From assembly GCF_018350175.1 (NCBI RefSeq), contig NC_058368.1:234858001-234922000 (forward strand): a stretch of DNA of 64,000 bases, in the 5' to 3' direction. Origin of the DNA: Felis catus (Eukaryota). Below are positions 51,331-64,000 of the stretch, piece after piece. The stretch's first letter is position 1; the number at the start of each line of letters is the position of its first letter. The position numbers and the translations under genes are program-made. Under the pieces are notes generated by a model, which saw nothing but the letters and a program-made list of their open reading frames with translations, ran no database searches and was not told where the DNA came from.

Positions 51331-54300
51331 TGAGATAGCTGGACTTGTACTAATCATCAGACACTTTGAGTGTTTCCCATATGATTCCCCTGAGGCCCCT
51401 ACAGAAGGACCTGGAAGTTGGAGCTGTCTTTCCGGGGCTCGCGATGGTCGTTTACTGAGCTCTGTTTCTTTCTCGAATCCTCGGCACACCCTCAGAGGGA
51501 TGACTGGTGGTGACTGCTTGCTGTTCACCAAAGCCCATCTCTTTCGTTGGTGGCATATACTAAATCCACAGCTTCCAGCCTCATGTACGATGAGGTGTGA
51601 CCCGGGACCGGGTTCTGTCCAGCAGATGGACAACAGAAGGCACAGAGCTCAAGTGTGTGAGACGGTGCTGTGCTCTTAGACACGTAAGGCTCCGCAGCCA
51701 TCTCCTTCACCCAGTAAATATTTATGGAGAATGCAATAAACAACTGTGCTAATTGCAGTGATTGGGTGGGGCCCCCAGCATCTAAAGGGAACCAATCTAT
51801 TCCTTGAAAGCAGCTTAGCCGTTAGGATCATCTGTCTCACGACAAGGTGTCCCTGACGCTTCTGCGTTGCATAAAGAATGTAGAGAATAAAAATAAAATA
51901 AAACGTTACATCAGTGTGTTCTTATTACAACGTATCTGCGGCAAGTTAGTTTGTAGCGAAAATGAGCACGGTGTCCTCCCAAAAGCACCAGTGAGTGTTT
52001 CACGCTGAGGGTAAAAGTCTGGGCTCTGACACTTCGTGGCTTCTTAAACTTAGTTCCTTCTTTACCGTCTCTGAGCCACCCGTCTCTCCGTTGCCCACGA
52101 CTCGTGGAGTTTGCCTAGAAGAACCACTCGTTTCCTCTTTCACACCCTCACCATTCCCACCACCCCGTCCCTAACACCTCGCTCTTCAGAGTGATCATTA
52201 TGCCGAAATGTTAAACATGCAGTCTTGGGTTGTGTACCCCTGAAGGGTAACTTCCAGCAAATACAGTATTTTCCGTGCTGTTTTATTTTGAAATACAACA
52301 GAGTTCTGTGTTAATTTCTTCCCTGGAATTAAATACCATTATTTCAGAATGAAGCCCCCCAACGCTGCCCTCTTTCATGACACCGATCATTATAATTGAG
52401 AGCCAGGCTGTTTGGGGCCAAAATTACATAAACAGACAAGTTAGGCCAAGATCCCTTGACGTACATGACAATCATCACGTTTCCTTTTCTTACGTGATAT
52501 GGGTATCTGACCGACACAAAGATAAGACAATAAGCACCTCAAAAGTTAATGGAAGTTTAAGGCAGCCTGTCCTGGCTGTGGACATCAATGGCCCTCGATG
52601 TCTCCTGTCAGGAAAGTGCAGCCCAGGCTGGTGTGGGTGTGTGAGTGGAGGTGGCAAGGGGGCGGGCAGTGTGGGGCGTTGACGACATGTGCTCATTGAA
52701 CCCGGAAAGGAACACACCTGGCAGGTACTCGAATTTGACATCAGTGCCCCAACCGGCTCCTGAATCTTCATCATCCCCTGCTATTAATTAGTAAGTTCTC
52801 GCATGTGAGGGGATCGTACCTATCAGTGTCATTCTCACTAAAATGTAGGTCTCATTTTCCTTTGAGCAAAGGTCAAGTGGGCTCAGGGACACAGAGGAGC
52901 ATCAGGGGACAGAAAGACTGCTCCATTTGTGATGTAAAGAAAATGCCGGGCAATCACGGGGCACGAAGGAGTGGGACCCCGCCCCACGCCAGCACCACCC
53001 TCTGGAACGTTTGCACCTTGGTGGATTGAAGAGCAAAGGTGTGGACATCGGTGGGACCGCCAGCCGTCTCTGTGCCCTACGCCTGGCTGAAACACGGGAT
53101 TAGCTGCACAAATGCACACGAGACTGGGGAGACCAGCCTGAAAACAGAGGGAAAGAGCTCCTTTCTGAGGAGGAATCGGGATAACATAAGCTCCCAGACC
53201 CGGGCCCCATCAGTCCTGCTTGCGTCTGGTCACATCTCAGCTGCAAGGGCCTGGACGAGTTGCTAGTTGTCTCTGAGTTTCAGTCTGTTCATCTTCAAAA
53301 TGGGGGCAGTGGGGCTTCCTCCAAAGGGTTGTGACGTGAGCCAGCAAATACAACATCCTGAGGTCCTAACATAGGACACGAGGCTGAAACACACACACAT
53401 GCACATGCACACACACACACACGTACATGTGTGTTATCACTTCTGTAGGCCAGGGTCACGGGATGCCTACTGCTTCTTCAAGCCTAGCGAGAGAGTGAGG
53501 ACGGGCCAGCCAGTGGGACCACATACATATGATGCAGTCATGGAAAGAGACCGTCCATCATGTTCTATGGTTAGGAGGTGCTCACAGGGTCACAGGCCCC
53601 TCCCGTACTCACTGGGGGGAATTGCACGAAGGTGTGAGCACCAGGAAACGGGGACTGGGGTCCCACCTTCCAGTCCTCCCACCACTGCTGGTGCTCCATA
53701 TAGGGGGCCACGGCTGCTGAAATTTGTATTTCAAATGTCTGAGTTGGTATTAAACCAGGCAAGACAGGTACCCAGTCACACATTATAAGTGAGGCCAGAA
53801 AATGGTCAAATCCTACAGGTTGCCAAGACTCACTGGCAAGTTCTACCAGAGAAAGGCTGTGTGTGTAAGTGTGAACATGGGTCCAGTAAGAAATGCAATG
53901 TATACGGCTAATAGAGATTATTCAGCCCCAAGGTTTTCCAACATAGGTCAAATAAAGTATTTTCTGAAGGTCGAAGTATATATGCAGTGGAGGAATGAAT
54001 AAAAACCACTCACTTATGTAGTCTATGTGTGTCTTGTATATATTTATGTATGCATTATTTCATGAATTTCATGATATTACATAACAAGAAATCTACTAGG
54101 CACAAATGTACTTGGATGCTGGGAATGAGAAGCAGAGATCACCCTGTTTCCCCTTCAGCACTAGGAAGGGGGTCCACGGACCCACCCAGATGACCTTTCT
54201 CTAAACCAGCCAGCTGGTCGCTTCCATCAGTCCGAGCTGCGGGGAACAGGCAGCTACCTAAGGAGACGGTCATTCAAGTTTCAGGACACGGAAATAGAGC

Positions 54301-54397
54301 AGTAGAAGACACGGTGTGGCTTCTCTGCCACCGACTTTCCTGGTGAATGTCAGATTTTATGCACACAGGGACATCCTTCTAAGAAGAAGGGGTAATC

Positions 54398-54620
54398 GGG
54401 GCGCCTGGGTGGCGCAGTCGGTTAAGCGTCCGACTTCAGCCAGGTCACGATCTCGCGGTCCATGAGTTCGAGCCCCGCGTCGGGCTCTGGGCTGATGGCT
54501 CAGAGCCTGGAGCCTGTTTCCGATTCTGTGTCTCCCTCTCTCTCTGCCCCTCCTCCGTTCATGCTCTGTCTCTCTCTGTCCCAAAAATAAATAAACGTTG
54601 AAAAAAAAAATAAAGATTTA
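54398..54620 (+). mobile_element. Young felid Can-SINE (SINEC_Fc type)
   Basis: TSD AAGRAGAAGGGGTAATC at 54381-54397 and 54621-54637 (1 mismatch). Confidence 0.95.
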
Positions 54621-55049
54621 AAGGAGAAGGGGTAATCGATCAGGGGGCTCGTTTCCGGAGCCGGGGAGCCTCCTCTCTGGGAACGTAGGAATGCACATGG
54701 TCGTTTTAGGACCCAGCCCAGCGTTTTGGAACCCAGCCCGGTGCACCTGGACACATAAACGTTTCCAAACATCACAGAGACACATCGCCTTGATTTTGAA
54801 GCGTCATCCGGCTCTTTGTGAGGGGAGAGGGGACACGAGTGGTCCTAATGTGTCACGGAGTGGTGTAGACAGAATCAAAAGGGTGGGTGGTCAGGGGGAC
54901 TAGGAGCTGGTGTGGGGTTCCCCTCTCACTGGCTGGGTGACCTGAGGCTGGCCATTTACCCGACTGAACTAATTTATTTGCCCGAAGAAAGCTACGAATG
55001 CCCCCAGAGAGGATATTTGTAATGTTTTATAAATGGCCATAGGAAGCTA

Positions 55050-55990
55050 AGTGATATATGAACCAAATATCCTATTTGTGTGTCTATAGAAACATAAATA
55101 TGTGAATTTATGGGGCTATATGGGCGTGTATGTAAAAAGATATATATGCACGTTTGGGGTATGTGTGTGTGCATATACAGAGGACATACAGATGTGTGTA
55201 TAATTTATCAGAGTGGATGTCTGTGTGCAAATAGATACACTTATATGCATGTGCATAGATGGGATTTATGTTTGTGTATACAATAAAATTAGTGCATGTA
55301 CAGGGATACATATCTCTGGATACATAGAGATATAGTCTGTAGTGTATAGAAAGAAATATAGAAATATATATGCATATATATATGAAATATATATATGCAT
55401 ATATATGAAAATATATATGCATATATGAAATATATATGCATATATATGAAATATATATATGAATATATAATGTGAAATATATATATATGAATATATATGA
55501 ATATATGAATGAAATATATATGAATATATGAATGAAATATATATATGAAATACATATATGAATATATAATATGAAAATATATATGCATATATGAAATATA
55601 TATGCATATATATAATACATGTATGTGTACGTATGGGGATATTTGCCTGTATATGGGTGATATAGATAGAAGTATGGTTGTAATATAAGTTTAGATATAA
55701 ACACAGATATAGATCATATAGATATATATGTTTGTATATATACTGGAGTTTCTGGCTCCCTGTGTACAGATATATGAATGTGTCTACAGGGGATGTGCAT
55801 ATGTGTATAATGCGGATAGATGCCTGTGTGTGTATAGAGATGCAAGTGTGTGCACATAGGAGGTGTATGCATGTGTTTACACGGGAAATGTGTATGTGCA
55901 TCTATCTCTGTCTGTATGGGAATATACATCAGGGGTGTATGCATATATGGGGAGGTTTGCCTGTGTTCGTGAAGAGCGTGTATATGAATT
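55050..55990. repeat. Long degenerate (TA)/(TG) low-complexity tract with an ATATATGAA/ATATATGC core at about 55355-55620
   Basis: Read directly; explains the 198- and 211-aa Ile/Tyr/His ORFs. Confidence 0.9.
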
Positions 55991-56060
55991 CATGCAAGTG
56001 TCTCATAATGGATATTATCGTTGTTGGACTTGGACCTGCCTTGGGGAAAATGGAACTCTG

Positions 56061-56169
56061 GGGGCGACTGGGTGGCTCGGTCAGTTGAGCATCTGACTCT
56101 TGATTTCGGCTCAGGTCATAGGATTGAGCCCTGTGTCAGGCTCTGTGCTGAGTGTGGAGTCTGCTTGAG

Positions 56170-56204
<35 letters not shown>

Positions 56205-56251
56205 CTGCCCTGCTCCCCAACTTGCGCTCTCTCTCTTTCTGAAAGTAAAAC
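56061..56251 (+). mobile_element. Can-SINE
   Basis: TSD AAAATGGWACTCTG on both sides. Confidence 0.9.
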
Positions 56252-58630
56252 AAAATGGTACTCTGTAAGACAAGTGACTTACCGCATGAGGTGGCTGTCA
56301 GTATTAATTACGTGACTATGTCTGAACTTGAAAATAAGACTATGAACAGGTGCAACAAGTGAGCAGGCTGGTGAAGTTGCTGGTAATGAAATGCTGGCTG
56401 CCCTAAGGCTGTGGGAGTATACATGGAGGGGAGGGTGCACGCTGGGGATCCCCCATAAGCGCCTCAGTGGTGACAGCAGTTAGCAGTAAGCATTCGATGG
56501 AGGAGTGGGGGAGGTAGGAAGAGGGAGGTCAAGCTTGGTTTTCGGGTCCCTGCGAGAGACAGACTAGACGGCCAGGGACAGCCGGGGAGAGGGACAGGCA
56601 GGTTGCAATGGGTCCCGGTGCCTGAGCTGCACGTCAGAAAGCTGTGTGCACGAGCCTGGGGCTCATGGCGGTCTGGGATGATGGAGGCCATGTTGGAATT
56701 CCCTGAAGAGAGACAAGACCGTCTGGTGGCTGTGGCACAGGCCGTGGAGTCCTGGAATATGGCTTTGACTCCTCCCTTCTCCATGTGCTGCTTGCAGGAC
56801 CTGAGCCTGCCTCTAACCCCTCTCTTCTCCGAGTTCCTAATTTGTAAAGTGATGAAAATAAGGGAGTCCTTATGAAGGCTGATTTAGGAGTTGACCCAGC
56901 TGAGGCATCGAGAACAGGGCTAGCACGAAGAAAAGCTCAGTTATGTGTAATGACAGCCAGCATTTATGTGATGCTCTTTCGTATGGTTTCAGCCAAAATC
57001 AGCTCTCAAGTGTCCCCGTGATTTGGACTTGTGGGGGTTAACGACACAGGCATGAAACATTCCCACTGGGAGACAGAAGCCAGTGAGAATAGCAAAAGGA
57101 AAAGGAAGAAACTGGGGATGACTCCTACGCTTGGAGGGCGGATAAAGAAATCTACGAGGAGAAAATGAGGCAGACCAGTGAGGGGGTCGGAGGTCCGGCA
57201 TAAGAGGTGGCTGGAGGGCAGTGTCATCAGAGGCACTGGCCTCTGCCACAAGGGATCCTTGTCTCCGTCTCTGACGTGCTTTGACTAAGCGTTCCTCACA
57301 CTTGAGCAGACATGCACATCCTATAAAATGCAGATGCTGGTTCAGTTAGTCTGGGTTGTGGCCAGAGATCCTTTCTGCCTCTCTCACAGGCTCCCGGGAG
57401 ATTCTAAAGCTGCTGGTCTGCAGACCTCGCTATGAGTAGCACGGATCGAATACTGGTGGTTGCTTTTTGTTTTGCTTTGCTTTACCAGAACGAAGAATGG
57501 GTCACCCACCACTCAGGTAGTACCTGTTTCTGTGTAAGCTGCTCATCTTTCTCCACCAGCAGGTAGGATCCCCAACGGACTGCCCTTGCTTGCCTTTGTT
57601 CCTGGCCCCGGACCTAAGGAGCTCACCATAGGCATCTTGCTCTCTCTGGAGCAGTCCGCTCAGTCCTGGAACTAAGGCACAGGGAGCACGCTACGCTAAA
57701 CATACCCTTAAAAACTATTCTAGACGGGGCCATGACTGGGCTTCCCTTGCCAACCACACAGCCTGGAATTCCTGGTCTTAGGAACCGTAAACTGAACCCA
57801 ACAATCCCCAGGGCTTTGGAGGTGAAAAAGTCAAGTATGTGCATTCTGCCTTTGAATTCTGTTCTCAAAGTCTCTACATCGTACACTGACTACCTAGCCA
57901 GGTACCAGATTCCCGGCAGGACATACATTATGAATGTAAAAGTCATAAAGGGAAATTTATAGATGGCTTCTGATGCACTTAAAATTAGCATTTGAAAATT
58001 GAGTCGGCATTCTGATTCCACCAAGGGTTGAGCGATTGCTTCCTGTATTAATTTGCTCTCCTACGGGCCACAGGCTATTGCTTTCAGGGCATGCATGTAG
58101 CAATTTGTCCACAGCCTCTTGCAAGAGACCCAAGTTTTCAATGGCTGATGCATCCTGCGTCACAGAAAAGGAGGCTAGGAGTGGGCTTCGTGATGGAGAA
58201 TAGGAGTCAAGAGGTAATGAACAGTCCCTGGGGCTTTAGCGAAGGATCGAATCAGACTCTGACGCCCTTCTTTAACAAGCCCTCCTAAAGGAGAGGGCTC
58301 AGGACTCCCACTGATCCCTCATTTTGCCTGGCCTATAATTAATCATGTCCTAAGGAAAGGAAATCTAGATCCCACTTCTTCTAAATTTGTGTAGTTAAAG
58401 CCCGCATAACTCCTAATACTATGGATTTAAAATTGGATTCCAGTGGTATAAATATGAATTGGTCTAAAATATAACATCTTTTGCACGAAAATCTTCTCAA
58501 GCACTCTGATTTTTATGTTCTGCATCGATACAACTGACTCCTCCCCTTTGACTTTTTATATCTGAGTGTCTTACTGAAAACCATGTCTGATTTGCCATAC
58601 TGCTACCAACCAGAGGAATGAGGAGAGGCC

Positions 58631-58820
58631 TTTTTTTTTTAATTTTAGAGAGAGAATGTGTGTGAGCAGTGGAGGGGTAGAGATAGAGGGAGACAATCTT
58701 AAGCAGCCTCCATGCTTAGCTCAGAGCCTGACTCGGGGCTTGATCCCATGACCCTGGGATCATGACCTGAGACAAAATCGAGAGTCTGATGCTCAACCGA
58801 CTGAGCCATCCAGATGCCCT
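58631..58820 (-). mobile_element. Can-SINE (older)
   Basis: T tail, GGGATCATGACCTGAG, CTCAACCGACTGAGCCA. Confidence 0.88.
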
Positions 58821-59199
58821 TGAAGGGGAGGTTTTTATTCCAGGGAGAGCCCAGAATAAAAACAATATGCCACTAAGAACTGAATTCAAAGCATTGGCAG
58901 GTTTTGACCATGAATCACGACATTCACACTCCCCAGAACCAAAGCCAAAAATGAGCCAAGATTTGTAAGATGGAGGAGGGGAGGAGCCATAGGGAAAATC
59001 CAGATGTCGGTCCTTCGTCCCAGAGGCTTTGATCTCGGGCAGTGGTGAAGACACCCTCTCTGGTGCTGTCTTTGCCTCCCTTCTGACCCTCAGCCTTCTC
59101 ATCCACGCAACACCCTGGGCTCTGCCTACCCCCCGCTGGTCTGCAGGGTCATGGAGAGGAAGCCACCATGAAGGTAAGGAAAACACCATTGAGTGTTAC

Positions 59200-59900
59200 T
59201 GTAATGGAGTCACGGGGTCAAGGAAGCTCACCTTTCTGTCTTTCCTCCTGGCTCCCATCCCTCCATTGCTGGACCTCTGTCTCCATTCCCTTCCCCTCTG
59301 CTTACTTCTCGGTCCACAGCTGGCTTTTAACTCCACCGTGGCACCGAAGTGGCCTCCAGTAAAGTCAATGGGGACTTGTAACTGTCAACCCCGATGGTGA
59401 CCTTTCCGCCCTAGGCTTGCCGGTTCTCTGCCATAGCGGACGCTGCTCCGCACTCTGTCCTGGTTGGAAATCTCCACTCCCGCCACTCCCAACACACAAC
59501 CCTTTGTTCTTCTCCATCTTCCAACATTTTATCTTGCTTTCCCTGTGAACCTCTCTTCTTGAGACTTTAAAGGGCGGCATTCCCTTTCCTCTGTGCTCAC
59601 TCAACAAGCTCACTCTGGGTAATCCCTCCCGCTTTCCAAGGCTTATAACTAAAGTCATAGTTAGTGCCACTGACTCTAAGTCTGGATCTGCGGCCCCCTC
59701 CTACAGAGTCATCTGTCCTGTCGCCCGATGGAGCTTCGCTTCACTTGGGTAAAGCACAAGCTTCTCAAACTCGAAATGTCTGCCGCTGAGCCCACCTTCC
59801 TTCTCCCGCGGAGCTCTCTGACTGCTGTCCCCCACGAGCCACTGCCGTTAGCAGTCCGTGGCACATCCCCAACCCATCTTTTCGCCTTCTCCTGTACGCG
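59200..59900 (+). mobile_element. L2 relic
   Basis: CAGCTGGCTTTTAACTCCACCGTGGCACCGAAG..GTAAAGTCA resembles the L2 ORF2 QSGF..HSTETAL.KV region; downstream pyrimidine-rich L2-like sequence. Confidence 0.5.
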
Positions 59901-61104
59901 GCCAACACTTCTCACCAGTTTTACTCTTTATATATTCACCGCATTTCCCCACTGCTGTCCCTCCCTCTCTCGCGGCTCTGCCTCTCGAAGGGGCCTCGTC
60001 ACTTGTCTTCTGCTGTCCCTTGTCAGGGCCGTCCCACCGAGGTCAGCTGCCTGGCAGATGCGACTAGACCAAACACCTGTACGTGTCACCCTCTAAACTA
60101 TGACCGAGCGGTGGCTCTCTGTCCCCTGGAGGGCAGGTCTAGCTCTTCAGGTAGGGACTGTATTTCCATCTGCAGGCCCCGTCACTACCCCCCACTACTG
60201 CCGTCGATAGTGACTCTTACTCAGACATACCTTGTCACCCCCAGAGCCACATTCAAGACTCGTTACGGCTGGTCGTGGGAGGAAGCCGACGCAGCAGGCA
60301 GGTGCTGGCCACGGGCTGGTGCAGGACCATCCAGGCAGCTTCCTGTGCCAACTGCCACCCTGCATGCTCCACACTGGGGACCACAGTCTTGGGGGGGGGG
60401 GGGTGACGTGCCCCCCAGGGCTCAGAGCCGGCTGCACTGGCACCCCTGTCTGCCCCTTCTCACTCCTCTCCTGACCCTCGAGCACATTGGACACCCTCAG
60501 GGCGCTTGCTGTTTCTTCCAGTGCCTTTATTATCATTTGAATTGCGTTTCAAATACAGCTTTTGTTCTTGTCTCTCCCACTACCCTACAAGTTTGGTGAC
60601 AGCAGGACATGGATAATTGCCCACCATGACACGTACACTTCACATGCAAGCATGATTTCTGAAACTGGTGTCCCCAGTCATGTTTCAAGAATTAAAGCGT
60701 CATGTTGAGGAGGCTGGGATATTGGAGGACTCACGGGCAGCAGCTGTGATGGACGACAGGTAAGCCGGCCCCACACGGCCCGAGACCTGGGACTTGTCCC
60801 CGCCGGGCAGCACACTGCACGTGTGACCTGGAAATACTCCCCTTAAAACTTCCGAAGGTCCAGACGCAGCCAAAAATGCCTTCCCTCCGTGCCTCAGACT
60901 GACATGAGTATCAGATGGTGTTAGGACCTTAAAAGGGCTTTGTAAAGTATAAGGTGGTGCCTAATTTTAAGACGTCATTAAAATACAACGAAGAATAGTG
61001 TTGGGTTTTTAATAGGACTGTGCTCTTGAGTGTTTCATTAACTCCACTTTGAAGAAGATGGTTTCAGGATTAAAGGAACTTGACTCGATCAGGAGGGATA
61101 TTTG

Positions 61105-61282
61105 ATCTCTTTCTTTCTCCCCTCCTCCCTCGCCTCCTTCTCCTCTTTCCCCCTCTTGCCCTTCCTCCTCTTCCCCCTCCTCCTCCTCCTCCCTCCACCC
61201 TCTCCTTCCTCGACCTCCTCCTCCTTTCTCCTCCCTCCTCTCCTCCTCCCCTTCATCTCCCTCTTCTCTTTCTCCTTCTCCT
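61105..61282. repeat. Polypyrimidine (CCT)-rich tract
   Basis: About 180 nt almost entirely C/T. Confidence 0.9.
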
Positions 61283-61828
61283 TGTAGGGATGGTAAAATT
61301 CTTCCTCTACCTTTCAAGGTCTTCAGCTGGGGGAAGAATTACATTTACACGAGATAGGTTAACAGGAGAAGAATCCCCAAGTTTTATGATGTGCACACCG
61401 AGGCCCAATAACGAAATCCAGACCAAAAGAAATGGCCAAGGCAGACAGGTTTCACACTTTTGAGACAAAGAGACAATAACTTTGTGAGCAATTAGCAGGA
61501 TAAAGAAAGCAGATGTTTGGAATCTTTAATTAGTAAGGAATTCTAAGCAGAATTTGGGCAGAGGTAGCAGATGAGAAAAAAAGGCAACAAGATTTGTTTC
61601 TATGGCTTTCTCTGCTCAGAAGATTTTATCTCTGGTGATAAGGATGTGTTTTTACTTCTCAGCACAGGGAGGGGACCATCCACACGGGGGGATATACTTC
61701 CTGCTCTCTGGGGCGCAGAGGAGGGCCTGAATGTCCTTGCACCTGCTGTTTCTTAAGAACTTTTATTTAAAATAATCAAAATGCCGAAGTGGGGAACATT
61801 TTGGGGTGGCCTGCCCTCGGTCCCTATG
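61283..61828 (-). mobile_element. ERV1-class solo LTR (MER34/MER39-like)
   Basis: Minus strand begins ..AGGGACC..GCCACCCCAAAATG..GGCATTTTGATTATTTT..AAGAAACAGCAGGTGCAAG; 4-bp TCCT at both flanks. Confidence 0.75.
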
Positions 61829-61863
61829 TCCTTTTCCTTCTTTTTCCTAAAACCATGTTTCTG

Positions 61864-62112
61864 TCTCTTAAATACAGAGAACAAACTGAGGGTGGATGGT
61901 GGGGGCGGGGGAGAGGGGAAAATGGGGGATGGGCATCGAGGAGGGCACCGGTTGGGGTGAGCACTGGGTGTTGTAAGTGATGCATCATGGGAACTACCTC
62001 CCAAAACCAACAGCATACTGTATATGCTGTATGCTAGGCAACTTGACAATAAATTACATTAAAAATGAAATAAATATTAAAAAATAAGATGATAGAAAAA
62101 GAAAATAAAAAA
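61864..62112 (+). mobile_element. Carnivore L1 3' UTR fragment
   Basis: GAGAACAAACTGAGGG..GAGGAGGGCAC..GAGCACTGGGTGTTGTA..TTGACAATAAAT followed by an A-rich tail. Confidence 0.88.
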
Positions 62113-62782
62113 GGGGAGACTAAAGAAGCTGAAAAAAAAAATCACGTTGCTGCCGGGTCTCATCCTAAAACATCTTCAAATATCCTCGCTACATCAGGGC
62201 GTGGATTGGGAAGAAAACGATTGTGTTTTGGGCCGAGGTGACTTTTCTCCCGGATTCCACCCTCAGGCACATCTGAAGACCTCCCGGCCCATGCCCTCCT
62301 CTGGGCGCTGGACTGGACAGAGGGATGGGGGAGGGAGACTCTGCTCGCACCCAGGAAGTGCTGCACTTGACACAGGAGCAACGCGGTCCAGAAGGAAGCA
62401 GAGGAAGAGGGCTCTGTTGGGCACCGTGTTCTTAGCGAAGCGGGTTCCCTGGTGAACAAACAGCAAAGGTCTGCCTAGCTCTGAGCTCGGCGCACCGGAG
62501 GGTGCAGATGCTTTCTTGGGGGGTTCTGGTAGACAGTCGGTACAGGGAAGCCATTGCACGCGAATTTAAGGGTGAAATCCAGTATTCTTGGCTCTCTCGG
62601 GTTGGTACATAATCTATTTTACAGATGCTAATAGTGTCTCGGGTGTGCGGAAAAAGAAGTCTGTCTACAGATACAATTCCTACCTTTGAATAAAGGAAAA
62701 CTGTGGCTTTCTGGCTGCAGGGTGAAGAAGGGACCACAGGCAGGTTAGCATGTCCGCTGCCCAGGGTGTTAGTTTAGGTTTC

Positions 62783-63023
62783 TTTTCTTTTTTTTTTTAT
62801 TTATTTTTTATTTTTTTTTTAACGTTTATTTATTTTTGAGACAGAGAGAGACAGAGCATGAACGGGGAAGGGGCAGAGAGAGAGGGAGACACAGGATCCG
62901 AAGCAGGCTCCAGGCTCTGAGCCGTCAGCACAGAGCCCGACGCGGGGCTCGAACTCCCGGACCGCGAGATCATGACCTGAGCCGAAGTCGGACGCTTAAC
63001 CGACTGAGCCACCCAGGCGCCCC
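62783..63023 (-). mobile_element. Can-SINE (CpG-rich, fairly young)
   Basis: TSD TAGGTTTC at 62775-62782 and 63024-63031. Confidence 0.94.
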
Positions 63024-63858
63024 TAGGTTTCCAGTATTAGAGTAATTCACTCTAACCACCTGCTTCTCTCCTTATTTCCCACAGAAGGGATGCCTGCAGT
63101 CACTGGAAAAGGTCTGGGTAGCATCTTGGGCTTTGGTGGAGTGCCCAGTGTTTCTGTAACGTGAACTTTCCATCACAGACACATCATGCCGGGCGCTTCC
63201 GTGTTCAAGAAGATGGAATGCATTCCCCTGGTAATGAAACGTAATTCCACAAAAGCATTCATTGTACTCCTGGTCTGTTATGCCAGGTTTAGCTTCAGAT
63301 GAATTCACTTTTCTTAGTGACTTTGTCCGGGGGAAGGGGGTGGCATGTCCCACTGGAACATCGTCTGTGAAAACTTGACTGTGGAAAGGGAAGTGCTCTC
63401 CGTGCATGGCAGGAGACATACTTTTCTCTCAGGATGGTAAGGGCGACGTGGTCATGACTGAAGTGACATTGCCCAACCGAGGCGCTCGTCAGCAGCTGGT
63501 CATGAGCAGGTGAGGGCAGCAAAGTGGTGAACATTGGACAGTCCAACAACAACACCCCACATATGCACGGTAGACTCTCTCCCATTTCAAAGGAGCGCTG
63601 ATTAAACATTTACCATCGACTGGGCACTGGGCCATAGGTCTACGTGAGGAACATACAAAGATGTAGTAAGTCTCACTTTCTAATTTCTAGAAACTGACAG
63701 CCAAGACAAATAAAAGATAAAAATTATACACACACACACACACACAATATATGTTGTGTAATATATGACGATGTTTCTACATAAAATATTATGACGTATG
63801 TACAAACACATGTCCTATTATGTAATATACAATATAGATGAAGTATGAGTGATGGCTA

Positions 63859-64000
63859 TTTTTTTAAGTTGATTTATTTATTTTGAGAGAGAGAGAGAGA
63901 GAGAGAAAGGAAGAGAGGGAGAGAGCACAGGGGAAGGGCAGAGAGAGGGAGAGAGAGAATTCCCAAGCAGGCTCCATGCTGTCAGTGCAGAGCCCAATGC
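63859..64000 (-). mobile_element. Can-SINE, truncated by the window end
   Basis: T tail, (GA)n, CCCAAGCAGGCTCCATGCTGTCAG. Confidence 0.9.

Noticed and set aside
55108..55901. 198-aa and 211-aa Ile/Tyr/His-rich ORFs
   Set aside because: Translations of the TA-rich low-complexity repeat.
1..64000. CRISPR array, prokaryotic system, NUMT or intact viral insert
   Set aside because: No regularly spaced repeat-spacer array, operon-like ORFs or mitochondrial-like sequence seen; the window reads as carnivore genomic DNA throughout.

Overview
Mammalian non-coding genomic DNA. The carnivore tRNA-derived Can-SINEs, including the felid SINEC_Fc type, and felid-style L1 3' ends point to Felidae, probably domestic cat (inference). 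I recognise no protein-coding exon, RNA gene or CRISPR array. The ORF-track entries are SINE/L1 translations, low-complexity artefacts or chance ORFs in GC-rich DNA. I counted about 29 Can-SINEs, many with readable target-site duplications (TSDs); six belong to a very young, near-identical subfamily. The window also holds old L1 blocks (5.6-9, 19.5-23.8, 30.4-34.5 kb), L1 3' ends, solo LTRs (MLT1, MLT2, MER34-like), a MER82-like Tigger, MIR/L2 relics and microsatellites. The most notable non-routine items are a 46-bp-arm near-perfect inverted repeat (5939-6043), an enhancer-like motif cluster (10380-10740), a probable ancient retroviral/Gypsy pol relic (24400-25450), nested and inverted SINEs (47.1-47.8 kb) and a few orphan splice-site candidates. 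I found no convincing evidence of a novel biological system. Repeat family names come from my recall of consensus sequences, not from a database search.
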